Assembly: GCA_028279045.1 (NCBI GenBank)
Contig: JANQSZ010000023.1
Coordinates: 248-64,247 of the forward strand
Direction of reading: 5' to 3'
Source: Candidatus Nanoarchaeia archaeon
GTDB taxonomy: Archaea > Nanobdellota > Nanobdellia > Woesearchaeales > UBA10216
DNA: 64,000 nt
Shown: positions 52,277-61,631 of the stretch, piece by piece
Layout: each line of letters opens with the position of its first letter
Numbering within the stretch: position 1 is the first letter of the stretch
Translations under genes and position numbers: made by a program
The notes under the pieces: generated by a model
What the model was told of the DNA's origin: nothing
Databases searched by the model: none
What the model saw: only the letters and a program-made list of their open reading frames with translations

Positions 52277-53365
52277 CTAAGGAGTCCCAACTTGCTCGTT
52301 CAGTCCAGCATCAGTCAAGTTGTAGTCAGACAGGTGTTGAGCATCAATCTTCAGTCCGTACGCAAACGTGTCTGGCGTTCCCGGCATTCCTCCACCGCCA
52401 GCATCTGTAATACCCACTAAGTAGAACAAGTCGAATGGATCACTCTGGCAGGTATTTGGATGGAAGAAACAATAGTCAACATAACTTTGCATCTCTTCAG
52501 AATTACCATGCTCAAACGGAACCGGATTTACTAAACTCGTAATTCCACAACAAACCGATCCAGTTGTATCATCATAGAATCGCTCAAGATAACTTGGCCC
52601 TTCTTCATCGTAACGATATGCTTGCGTATCAACAAACTCTGCAGTTGCAGACGTATTCCACGTTTCAATATTTGATTCATTAATCTTATTTGTCAAGTCT
52701 TCGCCAAATAAAGTATTCTCTCCGATCATGTACATCGGATCGTCTAATTCTTCAATGTTGAAATGCAACGTCAAGTTAAACGACGTGTTCCAGTACGCAA
52801 CATCTGACGCAACCATAACATGGAACGTCGCATTCACACCAACAGCAAACGGTCCGGTGTCGTTATCTTGAAATAGAATAATATTGAAATCATTATAGTC
52901 GTTAAAGAATGTCGTGTTGATGAACAGGATGTCGGTTGATGCATTTTCAATCTGACGCAACCGGTAAGTCAAGTTATTATCCCTCATGATTGGCGTATCT
53001 TTCAATCCAGCTCCGGTACGTCCAATCAACGCATCAGATTCAACCCCACCAATAGTACCATTCAGCAACACTTCTTCAAAAATATCGTTTAGTTCTTGTC
53101 GATTATTCAAGTAGTTTCCCGTCGAGTTAACATACAACGCAGTTGTTTTCAACGCTGCAATACTGCTATGAATTAATGACCGTTCCAAGTACGCAAACTT
53201 CAAATTTTTCAAGTAATCGTCTGCAGTTTGCACTCTACTTTTAGTAATCGGCACTTTATCTTTTAACGTAACAAATGTCTGCGAACTAAATGCGACAATG
53301 ATGAATCCAACAAGCATGATTGCGATAAACGTAAAGAAAATACCGCGTTTGTTCATTGTTGCCAC
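52277..53365 (-). CDS. pilin-like protein with class III-type N-terminus (minor pilin/pilus-associated), gene 5 of 5
   Basis: 362 aa. N-terminus MATMNKRGIFFTFIAIMLVGFIIVAF (basic, then hydrophobic) and an Asn/Thr-rich extracellular body. Overlaps the upstream gene by 13 nt. Confidence 0.5.
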   Translation of the reverse strand: MATMNKRGIFFTFIAIMLVGFIIVAFSSQTFVTLKDKVPITKSRVQTADDYLKNLKFAYLERSLIHSSIAALKTTALYVNSTGNYLNNRQELNDIFEEVLLNGTIGGVESDALIGRTGAGLKDTPIMRDNNLTYRLRQIENASTDILFINTTFFNDYNDFNIILFQDNDTGPFAVGVNATFHVMVASDVAYWNTSFNLTLHFNIEELDDPMYMIGENTLFGEDLTNKINESNIETWNTSATAEFVDTQAYRYDEEGPSYLERFYDDTTGSVCCGITSLVNPVPFEHGNSEEMQSYVDYCFFHPNTCQSDPFDLFYLVGITDAGGGGMPGTPDTFAYGLKIDAQHLSDYNLTDAGLNEQVGTP

Positions 53366-53847
53366 ACGCGCACCTCCCCGACGAATGGACCCCAGAACAT
53401 TGATTTGTTCGGCGTACCAGAAAGAATAACTTTTGATGAGATCAATAAACCAGAACTGTTTCGCTCAACACCGGTTTCGTACATGATGGCATCATCAACC
53501 CGAACAGAATACCCGTACTGCGGCGGTATTCTTCCAATAGTGATACTTTCAGTAAACGTCTCTGCCAGCGTAAATTCCTCCCGGATGTAAAACTCACCAA
53601 TTTGTTCAAACAATGAATTTTCCAAATTGCGTATGTCACCATCCCGTCGCATTTGTTGAATCTCTGGCGTATTCGTATTCCGTACTGTCTGCGTTGCCAT
53701 TCCCTTAGCAAGGTCATCTGCAAAGAACACCGCTTGTTCCTGTTCCGGTCTATAGGATGTGAGAAATAACAGAAGTAGCAGACCTGCCGCTATGATCACC
53801 GTCGCTATAAACGCGTCCAGTGTCAAAAAATATCCTTTCTTTTTCAT
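53353..53847 (-). CDS. pilin-like protein with class III signal peptide, gene 4 of 5
   Basis: N-terminus MKKKGYFLTLDAFIATVIIAAGLLLLLF. Overlaps neighbours at both ends. Confidence 0.55.
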   Translation of the reverse strand: MKKKGYFLTLDAFIATVIIAAGLLLLLFLTSYRPEQEQAVFFADDLAKGMATQTVRNTNTPEIQQMRRDGDIRNLENSLFEQIGEFYIREEFTLAETFTESITIGRIPPQYGYSVRVDDAIMYETGVERNSSGLLISSKVILSGTPNKSMFWGPFVGEVRVWQQ

Positions 53848-54251
53848 GAACAGGCAAAGTTTCCGATTCGTGCTTTTCCGCTACCAATAGCAGCACGATC
53901 AGGTGAAATATTAATCAGATTACCATCTTCGTCTTGCAGATGGATACAAAAGTCTCCTTTAATTCCGAGTTGTTTCCGTATTTCGTCATACGGCAGATCT
54001 GCAAATTCTTGCAGTCGATCTTTATCGATTTGTTTTCCTTCAATAAATCCAAACGGATCGTCTCCTTCTAACACTTCTGGAATCGTCTCTCCTTCTGCTT
54101 TCAGTTCTTCAACGCGGTTGTTTTGTACTGCAAACGTCAAGAACCACAGTGCTACAATAATTAAAACGACGAAGATGATGATTGCAACGATTGCATCCAG
54201 CGACCACCCTTGTCCGAGCTTGTTCATGGACATTCGCCCCGATTCAAACAA
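53844..54251 (-). CDS. pilin-like protein with class III signal peptide, gene 3 of 5
   Basis: N-terminus MSMNKLGQGWSLDAIVAIIIFVVLIIVALW. Confidence 0.55.
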   Translation of the reverse strand: MFESGRMSMNKLGQGWSLDAIVAIIIFVVLIIVALWFLTFAVQNNRVEELKAEGETIPEVLEGDDPFGFIEGKQIDKDRLQEFADLPYDEIRKQLGIKGDFCIHLQDEDGNLINISPDRAAIGSGKARIGNFACS

Positions 54252-54655
54252 ATGAAGTGTCCACGTTTCTCAATATGATTCATTCCTTTATTCAACACAC
54301 CAGATACGTTCCTTCGCACTGCTTGCACGTACGTCAGTTTGGGCTCTTCAAAATATTCTATTTTAATCTCACTAAAATTACCCGTCCCAATATCACTCGC
54401 GTTAATGAGCGTAAGATTGTAATCCCGACCTCGCAGGGATTTAACCAACGAGAAGTCTCGTGTATACCCATCTTCTGCGCGCATCGCAAGTTCAATTTCT
54501 GAAAATGCGATGAAAGAAACATCTTGCAACAATTCAGCACTTCGACGTTCATGCGTAGCGGCAAGTCTATTGCTCAATGTAAGAAAGAACAGTACTAAAA
54601 TGATAAACATCATCGAGATGATGATGGCGCTTTCGATTGTCGCTTGCCCTTTCAT
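54224..54655 (-). CDS. pilin-like protein with class III signal peptide, gene 2 of 5
   Basis: N-terminus MKGQATIESAIIISMMFIILVLFF (KG-Q-x-T-x-E). Confidence 0.6.
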   Translation of the reverse strand: MKGQATIESAIIISMMFIILVLFFLTLSNRLAATHERRSAELLQDVSFIAFSEIELAMRAEDGYTRDFSLVKSLRGRDYNLTLINASDIGTGNFSEIKIEYFEEPKLTYVQAVRRNVSGVLNKGMNHIEKRGHFICLNRGECP

Positions 54656-55293
54656 CGTCCTTCAAGTGATTGTATAATCTCGACATCTTTTTGTGTAATT
54701 TGACAATCACCGTTGTAGTCGCATTCATTGCAGTTGTCGTAGTCTCCTTGACAACCAGGACCACCACAGTGATTCGTATCTGTGCTATCAATATCAGCTC
54801 CGTTTCCCGACGGATCTAAATTTGTAGAGATAACACATTCATCGTTCATTGATATGATTACAAATGGAAACCGGTTCGGCGTCACCATTGCTTGGATGCG
54901 CGCATTTTTCACACCAGGAGTAACATCTGCTGCATCAAAAGACCCAACCATGTTGATTTGCGATGGAAACGCGTGATCGTTAACAACTTCTCCAACCCGA
55001 TGCGCAATGACAAATTCATTAATGCGCGGGTCTGTAGTCCAGTCAGTAAGTATTTCCATACTCTCAACATTGTCTGGAAGTGATTGTGTTAACGTTATTC
55101 TGGACGGCGAACCTTGATAGTACACTAATTCGCCGGTATTAACAACTTCTCTACCGAAGGAGAAGATCTGATCGCTCGATATTCTCTCATTCTGATTATC
55201 AGCAAAACGATAGAACGTATAAATTGTTGGTACGAGCACAAGAAGTATGATAGACGCTACCATTAAGTATTCAAGTGAGGATTGAGCTTTCAT
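54652..55293 (-). CDS. archaeal pilin, EppA-substrate type (QxSxEYL motif), gene 1 of 5
   Basis: N-terminus MKAQSSLEYLMVASIILLVLVP is a textbook DUF361-type class III signal peptide. Confidence 0.65.
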   Translation of the reverse strand: MKAQSSLEYLMVASIILLVLVPTIYTFYRFADNQNERISSDQIFSFGREVVNTGELVYYQGSPSRITLTQSLPDNVESMEILTDWTTDPRINEFVIAHRVGEVVNDHAFPSQINMVGSFDAADVTPGVKNARIQAMVTPNRFPFVIISMNDECVISTNLDPSGNGADIDSTDTNHCGGPGCQGDYDNCNECDYNGDCQITQKDVEIIQSLEGR

Positions 55294-55297
55294 CGTT

Positions 55298-55324
55298 CTA
55301 AAAAAAAGAAAAGGAAAAAAAAGA
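55298..55324 (-). terminator. oligo-T tracts (on the minus strand) between the major pilin gene and the minor pilin operon
   Basis: Plus-strand A-rich run CTAAAAAAAAGAAAAGGAAAAAAAAG is T-rich on the minus strand directly after the major pilin stop. This could attenuate read-through into the minor pilins. Confidence 0.4.
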
Positions 55325-55326
55325 AA

Positions 55327-55860
55327 TTACTGTTCGATGTCTCCGAGGATCTGACCATTCATTGTGTGTGTGAATGAGTCAGTCGAGTCAGATGCATACC
55401 AGCCAATGGTAATGTCGAACTTCTGCTTACCAGTTCCAACCAAAGTAGCGGTTAGACCACAAGTGTCTAGTGTAAGGTCTGCGGTACCTCCGTTAGGAAT
55501 GTACTTACCCCATTTAGCACCGAAGTCTTGGGTTGCATTAGCTTCTCCGTTACCGAAGTCGTTGTTACATGTTACTCCAACTTCTGCATCTTGGCTTGTT
55601 ACTGTAACAGTATCAAGGATGATTCCTTCACCCATACCGTTTTGTAATAACAAGTATATCTCGTCTGCACTTGCATCAAGTTTGTAGTCATTACAAGCTA
55701 CTCCTTGTTGTAGTTCACAACGATCTGGTAAAAGCGTCTCCGGACTTAGTACACCAAAGTAAGCCAAAGCTCCAATGACAACTAAAACCACGAGAATAGC
55801 CCAACCATAGGTCATTAAGAACTCCATAGCTGCCTGACCACGTTTTAGTCCTTTTAGCAT
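55327..55860 (-). CDS. archaeal type IV major pilin candidate (class III signal peptide, QAAMEF motif)
   Basis: 177 aa. N-terminus MLKGLKRGQAAMEFLMTYGWAILVVLVVIGALAYFGV. The mature domain is homologous to the N-terminal domains of the giant proteins at 15920-21621. Confidence 0.75.
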   Translation of the reverse strand: MLKGLKRGQAAMEFLMTYGWAILVVLVVIGALAYFGVLSPETLLPDRCELQQGVACNDYKLDASADEIYLLLQNGMGEGIILDTVTVTSQDAEVGVTCNNDFGNGEANATQDFGAKWGKYIPNGGTADLTLDTCGLTATLVGTGKQKFDITIGWYASDSTDSFTHTMNGQILGDIEQ

Positions 55861-55989
55861 TATATCACCTTCTTTTTTATAGTAATGAATATACTAATTC
55901 GTATACCTATCGTGCTTTTCCTATTTAAACCTTGTGGTTTTTAAACAGAAGTAGAACTAGAAGCCAACTTAAAAACGCAAAAGAACGAT

Positions 55990-56100
55990 TTACAGTGCCA
56001 TCCAGCGCCGTGCAATTTCTCGAGCTTCATCAACACTTGTTGCTGGGCTCGTCTCTAAAATTCTATCAGTAAGCTCAGTTAACCTATCCATCTTGTCCAT
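55990..56100 (-). CDS. possible small protein (36 aa)
   Basis: Unlisted ORF MDKMDRLTELTDRILETSPATSVDEAREIARRWMAL in the 320-nt divergent intergenic region. Support is weak. Confidence 0.2.
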   Translation of the reverse strand: MDKMDRLTELTDRILETSPATSVDEAREIARRWMAL

Positions 56101-56181
56101 TTTACCACCCCTGGTATCTGCATTTTAATGCAACATTCAATATTTAAACCTTCCTGTCCCATATAAACGAAAACCTTATAT

Positions 56182-57498
56182 ATGACACCATTGGAAAGTG
56201 ACGTTATGTCTAAGAATGCAGAACGCTGGGCACGTATGGACGCACGCAGAGAAGAAGCGACAGCTACTCATGGCAGTATCGAATACATGGATCTTGAGAA
56301 GCAGTGGCAATATACCAAAGGACACATTGGAGATTTCAGCCACATTGCAAAAAACAAACTAGAGAGTGCAGGATTGATTACCGCTGCTTACGGAACACTT
56401 GGCGTTGCACGATTAAAGCGCGTGAAGCCAAAAGACGTTGTAAAGGTACTAGGACTGGGCGGCATAGGTCTTGCAGCAGCAATATGGGTATCGTCAACAG
56501 GGCCAGACCGGGAGCCATCATCGTCACTCATCCAGGCAATTGCAACAGAAACACCTCAACCTAATTATGCTTCTGAAGTCGTTGAAACACCTACCCCGCC
56601 AAATGAAGGTCCAACATTAGAAAGCATTGCATCACAATCACTCAACGAACAATTCAGAAATCCTGGTTCCTTCTTACAATATATTGGTAACGATCTTGCA
56701 GAAGCAAATGGTATTGACGATGTCTTGTTTGGACAGAACGTTGAAAACACATCACGTTTCTTCGGTCTCGAAATCAGTTCAGAAAATGTGCGGACCGGTG
56801 ACATTCTCTATTTATTTGATCCTAACCGAGCGCCGCGTGTTGCAAGTGTTGCAAACACGTTTGCAGTTGTTGACAACGACCACGGCTACATTCTTGATGA
56901 CAACAACACTGTTCAACTACTTCCTTTAGAAGACATCACACAAGAAAACACAATTCTCAGAGTGCGTCGTCCAAATATCGGCGCAGTGAATGCAGTTACT
57001 ATTCCAGATTCTGTAATTAGTGATAAAGCATTTTATGATAACGGATTTGAAGAAGCAGATATTATTGATTACACTTCAAGCGGACACCCCATTCTAAAAA
57101 TTCCGTTCATGTACGTGCAAGACATCGAAGAGGTTGCAGGTATCACCGGAATTGATTGGGAATACATCGCAGCAATCTGGAATGTTGAATCAAGATTTGA
57201 TAGGAACGCGCATAACGCAGCAACAAATGATTGGGGATTGCCACAAGGGAATATCAGCACATTACGATTCTTCCTGGAAACAGGAATTTACACAGGTCCC
57301 GATGGTGCAACCAGCGTCGCTGATTCGCTAAGAGAGTCTCGGCCAGCAGCTGGGTTTACTGCAGTGCACATTCTGAATGCTTTAGGCAGACAGCCAGAAA
57401 ACGGAGATGCAGCGCAAGTGTTTACAAATTACAATGGTGCTGACACCCATATTGATCGTTATCTCGATGCCATGGATAAATACCTTGAAGCTCAGTAA
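56182..57498 (+). CDS. membrane-anchored protein with C-terminal lytic transglycosylase (SLT/GH23 lysozyme-like) domain
   Basis: 438 aa. N-terminal TM VVKVLGLGGIGLAAAIWVSS, Pro/Thr linker, and C-terminal AAIWNVESRFDRNAHNAATNDWGLPQGN matching the SLT signature (ES.F...A.S..GA.GLMQ). The true start may be the second Met at 56206, given the TATA at 56177-56184. Confidence 0.55.
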   Translation: MTPLESDVMSKNAERWARMDARREEATATHGSIEYMDLEKQWQYTKGHIGDFSHIAKNKLESAGLITAAYGTLGVARLKRVKPKDVVKVLGLGGIGLAAAIWVSSTGPDREPSSSLIQAIATETPQPNYASEVVETPTPPNEGPTLESIASQSLNEQFRNPGSFLQYIGNDLAEANGIDDVLFGQNVENTSRFFGLEISSENVRTGDILYLFDPNRAPRVASVANTFAVVDNDHGYILDDNNTVQLLPLEDITQENTILRVRRPNIGAVNAVTIPDSVISDKAFYDNGFEEADIIDYTSSGHPILKIPFMYVQDIEEVAGITGIDWEYIAAIWNVESRFDRNAHNAATNDWGLPQGNISTLRFFLETGIYTGPDGATSVADSLRESRPAAGFTAVHILNALGRQPENGDAAQVFTNYNGADTHIDRYLDAMDKYLEAQ

Positions 57499-58970
57499 GC
57501 TTTTGCAAAATAGGTTTGCGGTCCTTTCTTTCCACAATTCAAACAACTTCCAGAATCAGCATTAAACGGAACAACACGTGTTGTTATTCCGCCAGTTTTT
57601 TCTTTAATATCTTCTTCGCAATCTTCTTTACCGCAAAAGAATGCAGAGCTCCATTTTTCTTCTTCTGCATTTTTTTTCAAATCTTCAATTGTCGTCGCAT
57701 CCCGAATATTGCTGTCAAGGAATTTTTTCTGCACATCAAAAAGAGATTTCTGCATTTCTTCAAGTGCAGAACGAACTTGTTGAGCAACATCGTCCATGGC
57801 AACCGTTTGTTTCTCGCCAGTGTCACGTCGTGCAACCACAACTTGATTGTTATCAACATCTCGTGGCCCGATTTCGATCCGAATCGGCACTCCTTTCATT
57901 TCCCAGTCGTTAAATTTCCATCCTGGTTTGTGATCGCGTAAATCAAGTTCAACACTATACTCGTTCAAACTCGTTTTCAATTTTTCAGCTGCAGCAATTA
58001 CTTTCTCTCGCGTATCCTCAAACAATATTGGAACAATAGCAACGTGTAGCGGTGCTACGTTCGGCGGCAAAACAAGTCCTTTGTCATCGCCGTGCGCCAT
58101 AATAATAGCTCCAATCAAACGCGTAGAAACTCCCCAGCTAGTCTGCCATGGAATTTGTTCTTTGCCATCTCGTCCTTGAAACCGCAGCCCAAATGGTTTT
58201 GCAAAGTTCTGCGCCAAGTGATGCGATGTTCCCATCTGCAATGCTTTGCCGTCAGGCATCATCGCTTCCAAAGTAGTCGTAAAATCAGCACCTGCAAATT
58301 TTTCTTTTTCTGTTTTCTTTCCAATGATAACAGGAATTGCAAACTCTTGTTCAATCGTATCACGATACAAATGCAATATTTGCATCACTTCCTCTACCGC
58401 ATCTTTCTGCGTTTCATGCACCGTATGTCCTTCCTGCCACAAGAATTCCCGTGTTCGCAAGAATGGACGCGGATACTTGAACTCCCATCGCACAACAGAA
58501 CACCATTGATTGTACAAAAATGGCAGATCTCTCCAGCTGCGCAACCATTTCGAGTACGAATCGTACATGATTGTTTCAGACGTCGGTCTGATTGCAAGTC
58601 TTTCATTTAGCGGGCTATCACCTGCATGCGTTACCCATGCTACCTCTGGCGAGAATCCTTCAACGTGATCAGATTCTTTAGTCAATAAGGATTCTGGAAT
58701 AAAGAGTGGGAAGTACACATTCTTGTGACCGGTTTCCTTGAACTTGCCATCTAAATGACTCTGGATTTTTTCCCAAATTGCAAAACTACCTGGCCGAAGC
58801 ACCATACAGCCAGAAACCAGACTATAGTCAGCCAACTCTGCTTTGGTAACTACTTGTGTATACCATTCCGAGAAGTCTTCTTTCTTCCCAACCGTAATGC
58901 CAAGCGTATCTTCTGCCATAGGAGAAAGCGCTTGTGGAACGTATTTAAAGGTTTTTATAGGTAGCCGCAA
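57492..58970 (-). CDS. proS: prolyl-tRNA synthetase, archaeal/eukaryotic type
   Basis: 492 aa. Class II motifs, anticodon-binding domain and the C-terminal Zn-binding extension ending CLNCGKKGPQTYFAKAY, which is characteristic of archaeal-type ProRS. Confidence 0.85.
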   Translation of the reverse strand: MRLPIKTFKYVPQALSPMAEDTLGITVGKKEDFSEWYTQVVTKAELADYSLVSGCMVLRPGSFAIWEKIQSHLDGKFKETGHKNVYFPLFIPESLLTKESDHVEGFSPEVAWVTHAGDSPLNERLAIRPTSETIMYDSYSKWLRSWRDLPFLYNQWCSVVRWEFKYPRPFLRTREFLWQEGHTVHETQKDAVEEVMQILHLYRDTIEQEFAIPVIIGKKTEKEKFAGADFTTTLEAMMPDGKALQMGTSHHLAQNFAKPFGLRFQGRDGKEQIPWQTSWGVSTRLIGAIIMAHGDDKGLVLPPNVAPLHVAIVPILFEDTREKVIAAAEKLKTSLNEYSVELDLRDHKPGWKFNDWEMKGVPIRIEIGPRDVDNNQVVVARRDTGEKQTVAMDDVAQQVRSALEEMQKSLFDVQKKFLDSNIRDATTIEDLKKNAEEEKWSSAFFCGKEDCEEDIKEKTGGITTRVVPFNADSGSCLNCGKKGPQTYFAKAY

Positions 58971-59004
58971 TACATATAAATCACCATAGATAGAATATAC
59001 TCAT

Positions 59005-59604
59005 ATGAGAAAACACATCCAGAAAGCAGGCCAGAATGAAATGCTGCTGGGATTGTTTGATCTCTGTGTTGAGAAGAAGTGGTATCTCTTCACTCTTCTT
59101 GTTGTGATGATTGCGTTGGTGTTTTTCACTTCTCAGACAGCGAAGTTTATCATGTTAATTTTGATGGGAGCGCTTGCAAGCGTCTCAACAATGTACAAGA
59201 AGTTCATTCGTATCCCGCCATTCTTGGAGTTCATGACGGTAACAACAGTATTCGTTGGTATAGCCTATGGCCCAGTCGTTGGCGCGATCTACGGAGCAAC
59301 GGTATCGGTGCTCAGCGAGGTTATCAACACCTGTATTGATGCGTTCATCATCGGTTACGTACCGGCACGCGCAGTTGTTGGCGCAACATCAGGATTAGTC
59401 TACGCTACATTCCCAGATCTCGGCGTGGTCTGGCTCGGTATTATCATGACGATCATCTACAACGGTGTTGGTCAGCCGCTCTACTTATTACAAAGTGACA
59501 TCGAACTCAGAATTAAAGCATGGACGTTCATCATTGGAAATTTCTTTGCAAACATTATTGTGTTTGCTACGCTAGGATTGTTCTTAGAAAGTGTGTTGCT
59601 TTAA
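59005..59604 (+). CDS. integral membrane protein, paralog A
   Basis: 199 aa with about six TM helices. Paralogous to 60174-60791 (shared pattern ...YGP(V/I)(V/P)G(A/I)I(Y/V)G...). Confidence 0.5.
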   Translation: MRKHIQKAGQNEMLLGLFDLCVEKKWYLFTLLVVMIALVFFTSQTAKFIMLILMGALASVSTMYKKFIRIPPFLEFMTVTTVFVGIAYGPVVGAIYGATVSVLSEVINTCIDAFIIGYVPARAVVGATSGLVYATFPDLGVVWLGIIMTIIYNGVGQPLYLLQSDIELRIKAWTFIIGNFFANIIVFATLGLFLESVLL

Positions 59605-59855
59605 CCAATATAGTCAATCTTCACTTTACATCCATGCTCAGCGTGTTTCTCACAATAAAATTTGGAACATTTCTCACAAGTAAGTGCGGTAATGTGCTTG
59701 CATTGCTCACATCGTCCGCCCGGCATCGCAACCATATGCTCCTCACTTTTCGGAAAATAGTGGTACACGGTCTTTCTATCATTTCGCGCTGTTGTAAACC
59801 GTGATTTGAGTTTTTTCTTGCGAGATGGCATGCTACACACTGATGTTTGACACAA
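59601..59855 (-). CDS. small zinc-finger protein (AN1/HIT-like Cys/His cluster)
   Basis: 84 aa with CEQCKHITALTCEKCSKFYCEKHAEHGC. Confidence 0.5.
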   Translation of the reverse strand: MCQTSVCSMPSRKKKLKSRFTTARNDRKTVYHYFPKSEEHMVAMPGGRCEQCKHITALTCEKCSKFYCEKHAEHGCKVKIDYIG

Positions 59856-60056
59856 ATCCAGAGATAAAAAACAGTATGACGACTACACCAAACGCCATCA
59901 GTAAGCGAAGCCAGAATCGTCGTGATTGAAAGAGTTGGATTTTCATAGTCTTGTGATACCTTGCTGCGTTATAAAACCTTGCACAAAAAATTTGTCGCTT
60001 TAGCCGTGGAGCTTTACGCTCCACTTGCGTCAGCGTCAACCGATGTCCGGTTGATA

Positions 60057-60130
60057 TGAGCCCGCGAGGATTCGAACCCCGGTCAATCGGTCCGAAGCCG
60101 ACCGCACTATCCAGACTATGCTACGGGCCC
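60057..60130 (-). tRNA. tRNA-Arg (anticodon UCG)
   Basis: Reverse complement has acceptor GGGCCCG/CGGGCUC, D-stem GCAU/GUGC, anticodon stem GUCGG/CCGAU with loop CUUCGGA, T-arm CGGGG-UUCGAAU-CCUCG, discriminator A. Confidence 0.8.
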
Positions 60131-60173
60131 ATATCCAGCAAAAAGAACAAACTATTTAAAAAGCTTTAGCCGA

Positions 60174-60791
60174 ATGAGACAAATGTCAAGCCTTCTCAAG
60201 CAGTGGAAAGAGCACGCTGCATCTCGTTATCCAGCAGGGCGAAAAGTACTTCAGTTTTATCAGGATCACACATTCTCAGCTTCTGCTTCAATTATCATTT
60301 TGCTCGGTTTGATTTTCTTTTCCGGGCTCGTAAAGATGCTCATCATCGGTGCATTCTTTATTGTGCTCGGTGCGTTTTCAATGATTTACAATCGCTGGCT
60401 CAAATTGTCAATCGGTATCGAATTAATCATGCTTGGGTTTATCATGATGACGGTTCTCTACGGTCCCATCCCCGGTATTATTGTCGGTATGATTGCGCTG
60501 TTCTGGGCAGAAGTAATGACAGGTCGTTTTACATACTCGACTGTCGTAAGTTTTATCGGTATTGGTATTGTTGGTTTTCTGATTCCGCTTTTACCATTCC
60601 AAGACAACATCACAATGCTCGGTATTTTAGCAACAATCATCTATGACGCGATCATTGTACCCGGCTATATTCTTCTCGGTAGCGAACCATGGCGGTCGTT
60701 CTTGTTCGGCGTAGGCCACATCATTTTCAACATCTGGGTGTTCTTTGGTATCGCGCCCTGGCTGCTAACAATTTTAGAAGTTATTGTGTAG
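60174..60791 (+). CDS. integral membrane protein, paralog B
   Basis: 205 aa with about six TM helices. See 59005-59604. Confidence 0.5.
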   Translation: MRQMSSLLKQWKEHAASRYPAGRKVLQFYQDHTFSASASIIILLGLIFFSGLVKMLIIGAFFIVLGAFSMIYNRWLKLSIGIELIMLGFIMMTVLYGPIPGIIVGMIALFWAEVMTGRFTYSTVVSFIGIGIVGFLIPLLPFQDNITMLGILATIIYDAIIVPGYILLGSEPWRSFLFGVGHIIFNIWVFFGIAPWLLTILEVIV

Positions 60792-61059
60792 AAATAAGCG
60801 TAATCTCTAACGTCGAAACCCGTACTCGTCTTCCTTCGTTGCTTGTAAATTCTTCAGAATCAGTTTTCATACTTTCAATCTTAACAAGTTCAGGAAGAAA
60901 TCGCTTTTCAACTGCCTCTGCTACATCAACACAGCGAGAAATGAATTTGCCTCGTGCCTTAAGGATCACTGTTTTCTCATCCTTCGACACAAATTGCATC
61001 ACCACCGCAGTTACATAATTCATGAACGGCTTAGTGCCAATGAGGATGGATTCCGTCAT
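60781..61059 (-). CDS. albA: DNA/RNA-binding protein Alba
   Basis: 92 aa. ILIGTKPFMNYVTAVVMQF...VILKARGKFISRCVDVAE matches the Alba consensus (...liG.KpvmnYV.a....f......v.lkARG.aIs.AVdvaE). Confidence 0.8.
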   Translation of the reverse strand: MTESILIGTKPFMNYVTAVVMQFVSKDEKTVILKARGKFISRCVDVAEAVEKRFLPELVKIESMKTDSEEFTSNEGRRVRVSTLEITLISTQ

Positions 61060-61292
61060 CGTTTGCGGACTCTAGAGAGATAACCGGCAATCATATTGCG
61101 CATCTTAGGAGGCATCTCTTCAGATTCCATGGGGTTCTTACGAAAGGTCTCCCTGTTCTCTTCAAACAGTTCAGCAGCCATTTGTTTAATTAGTGCTTGT
61201 TTTCGCAAATGTATAACCCCAACAATCTCTGTTTACCTGCAAATTATTTAAAGCTTTGCAGTAATCCATCATAGTACTCAAGGTGAGGGACA

Positions 61293-61631
61293 ATGAAACA
61301 AGTCATCCTAGCACGGCAAGATCTGAAGCTTCCAAAGGGCAAATTAGCTGTCCAGGTAGCGCATGCAGCGGTTATCGCTGTAGAAAAGTGCTCCCAGGCT
61401 GATTACAATGCCTGGAGTAATGAAGGCAGCAAGAAAGTTGTTCTCAAAGTAGCTGACGAAAAAGAACTTCTGGAATACAAGCGAAAAGCAGGGCAAAAGA
61501 AACTCCCTCTTGCACTGATCACAGATGCCGGCAAAACAGTCATAGCTCCTGGCACGAAAACAGTACTTGCCATCGGCCCTGCAGAAGATGACGTTATTGA
61601 TTCTTTAACTGGCCATCTCAAGATGGTTTAG
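61293..61631 (+). CDS. pth2: peptidyl-tRNA hydrolase, archaeal/eukaryotic Pth2 type
   Basis: 112 aa with LKLPKGKLAVQVAHAAV, PGTKTVLAIGP and TGHLKMV matching PTH2. Confidence 0.8.
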   Translation: MKQVILARQDLKLPKGKLAVQVAHAAVIAVEKCSQADYNAWSNEGSKKVVLKVADEKELLEYKRKAGQKKLPLALITDAGKTVIAPGTKTVLAIGPAEDDVIDSLTGHLKMV

